Assembly: GCF_018977255.1 (NCBI RefSeq)
Contig: NW_024704743.1
Coordinates: 56,608,001-56,672,000 of the forward strand
Direction: 5' to 3'
Length of the DNA: 64,000 bases
Source of the DNA: Callorhinchus milii
Lineage: Eukaryota
Below, in pieces: positions 62,740-64,000 of this stretch. The position numbers were made by a program, and so were the translations under genes. Below the pieces are notes generated by a model. The model searched no databases, was not told where the DNA came from, and saw only the letters and a program-made list of their open reading frames with translations. How positions within the stretch are numbered: the stretch's first letter is position 1; every line of letters begins with the position of its first letter.

Positions 62740-62990
62740 CCCTCTGGGTAAAGAAAACTATTGTGGTATTTGTCCTGAAATTACCTTTGAAACTATAAAT
62801 CTATGTTCTCTTGTTCCACTGTCTTGGTTTATCCTAAATTATTATTATTATGGGTTTACTTTTTCAATCCTGTTTTAAATGTTATACACCTTTATGGGGT
62901 CCTCTCTGAGTCATCTTCTCTCAACAGAAATTTCTCAGGGCAGCCCAATGGGTCATACACAAATGTTCAAGGGTGTCCTTTCCCAGTCTG
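62740..62990 (-). mobile_element. Old CR1 fragment
   Basis: AAATTACCTTTGAAACTATAAATCTATGTTCTC...TTATACACCTTTATGGGGTCCTCTCTGAG, similar to 24060-24200. Confidence 0.55.
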
Positions 62991-63911
62991 AGTGCGTCTC
63001 CAGCATTTATAGTGCAATGGTACAGCAGCCCGCATCAATAGCCAGCACGTCACACAGTATAAACTGAACATTCTTAGAAGTTTTAGTTGATCTCCATCAG
63101 TGCATAAGTAAGGAAAGCTATTGGAAACAATCCTTGCTTTAAGTAGCCCCAGGTATTTACCTTGTATATTGGTCAACTGTATAATTAAGCCCAAATAACT
63201 AGATCAGCAGATTTGAAGAAAGACAAGTACATGAGCACAACACTACCCAACTATGCTACATTCTAATGGGTTTGCACACAAAACGATTATCCAATAGCAA
63301 TTCAGAAAAGTAAAAGCAAATATGCTGTGAGTCTCATTTGTTGTTGGCACCATGCCACTCCAATCTGTGAATTGACATACTTGCTGTGATGTATGGGCTC
63401 CATGCTGACCCAGAAAATAACAAATGTGAAATAAATATAATTTTGTTCAGATTGCAGTAATTTTTTTTTGACTGTACAAATGATAAACCAAACGGAGACA
63501 CATCTTGGCTGATATTGCATGTTCAGTTGAAAATTGCCATGTGTGCAGACCATTTAAACTCTGATATTTGTGTAATACAGTGTTCATACCCATGAAATAA
63601 AGCAGCTGACAGGTCATTTCATTGGGGCATTTTTCACTATGTACGTATGTGCTGTCTTATTTCAACTTCACAATGTCAAGGGGAATCTATAATACGCTAA
63701 CACAGAACGTAACCACATTGTTACCATGTAGATAGATTGGTAACTGATGTTGGGGGTAAGTTGTGGGGGGTGGGGGGTTAAAATACATTACAATTATATG
63801 TAAAGAAGAATGAAGATAATACAAATTGGTTTTGTATAATAGCAATTTAGTACATAAATATCATAGGCACATTTAGTTGTACATGAATACAACTAAAGCA
63901 TATAACTTATG

Positions 63912-64000
63912 ATAATAATATTAATCCTTACATTTGATATAGCGCCTTATCATGTCTTCAAGACATCTCAAAGAGTTTTACAGAATATACTGTAAAGTTA
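63912..64000 (-). mobile_element. SINE 3' end running off the window
   Basis: AATCCTTACATTTGATATAGCGCCTTATCATGTCTTCAAGACATCTCAAAG. Confidence 0.85.

Overview
Eukaryotic, AT-rich, CpG-depleted non-coding DNA. The repeat content points to a cartilaginous fish, most likely a holocephalan such as Callorhinchus (inference). I can support no host protein-coding exon, rRNA, true tRNA or CRISPR array, so the window reads as a large intron or gene desert. Almost every recognisable ORF is a decayed non-LTR retrotransposon piece. The contents are: (1) L2 LINEs of two 3'-end families; (2) several CR1 families with different terminal microsatellites; (3) L1/Tx1-like fossils; (4) a young tRNA-Ala-headed SINE in long and short forms; (5) older Deu-domain SINEs; (6) LF-SINE-like pieces; (7) two Penelope-like terminal fragments, one with a decayed hammerhead-ribozyme core. 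The clearest system is an L2/SINE partnership built on a shared, covarying 3' stem-loop. Three precisely resolvable nested insertions and target-site duplications (5, 9 and 14 bp) give a relative chronology. Between repeats lie unique segments resembling conserved enhancers, notably a GATA-motif cluster at about 7.9-8.9 kb, plus one unexplained CpG-undepleted ~0.6 kb segment at 27.3-27.9 kb. Family names come from recalled consensus motifs, not database searches, and boundaries of old elements are approximate. I found nothing I can defend as a genuinely new biological system.
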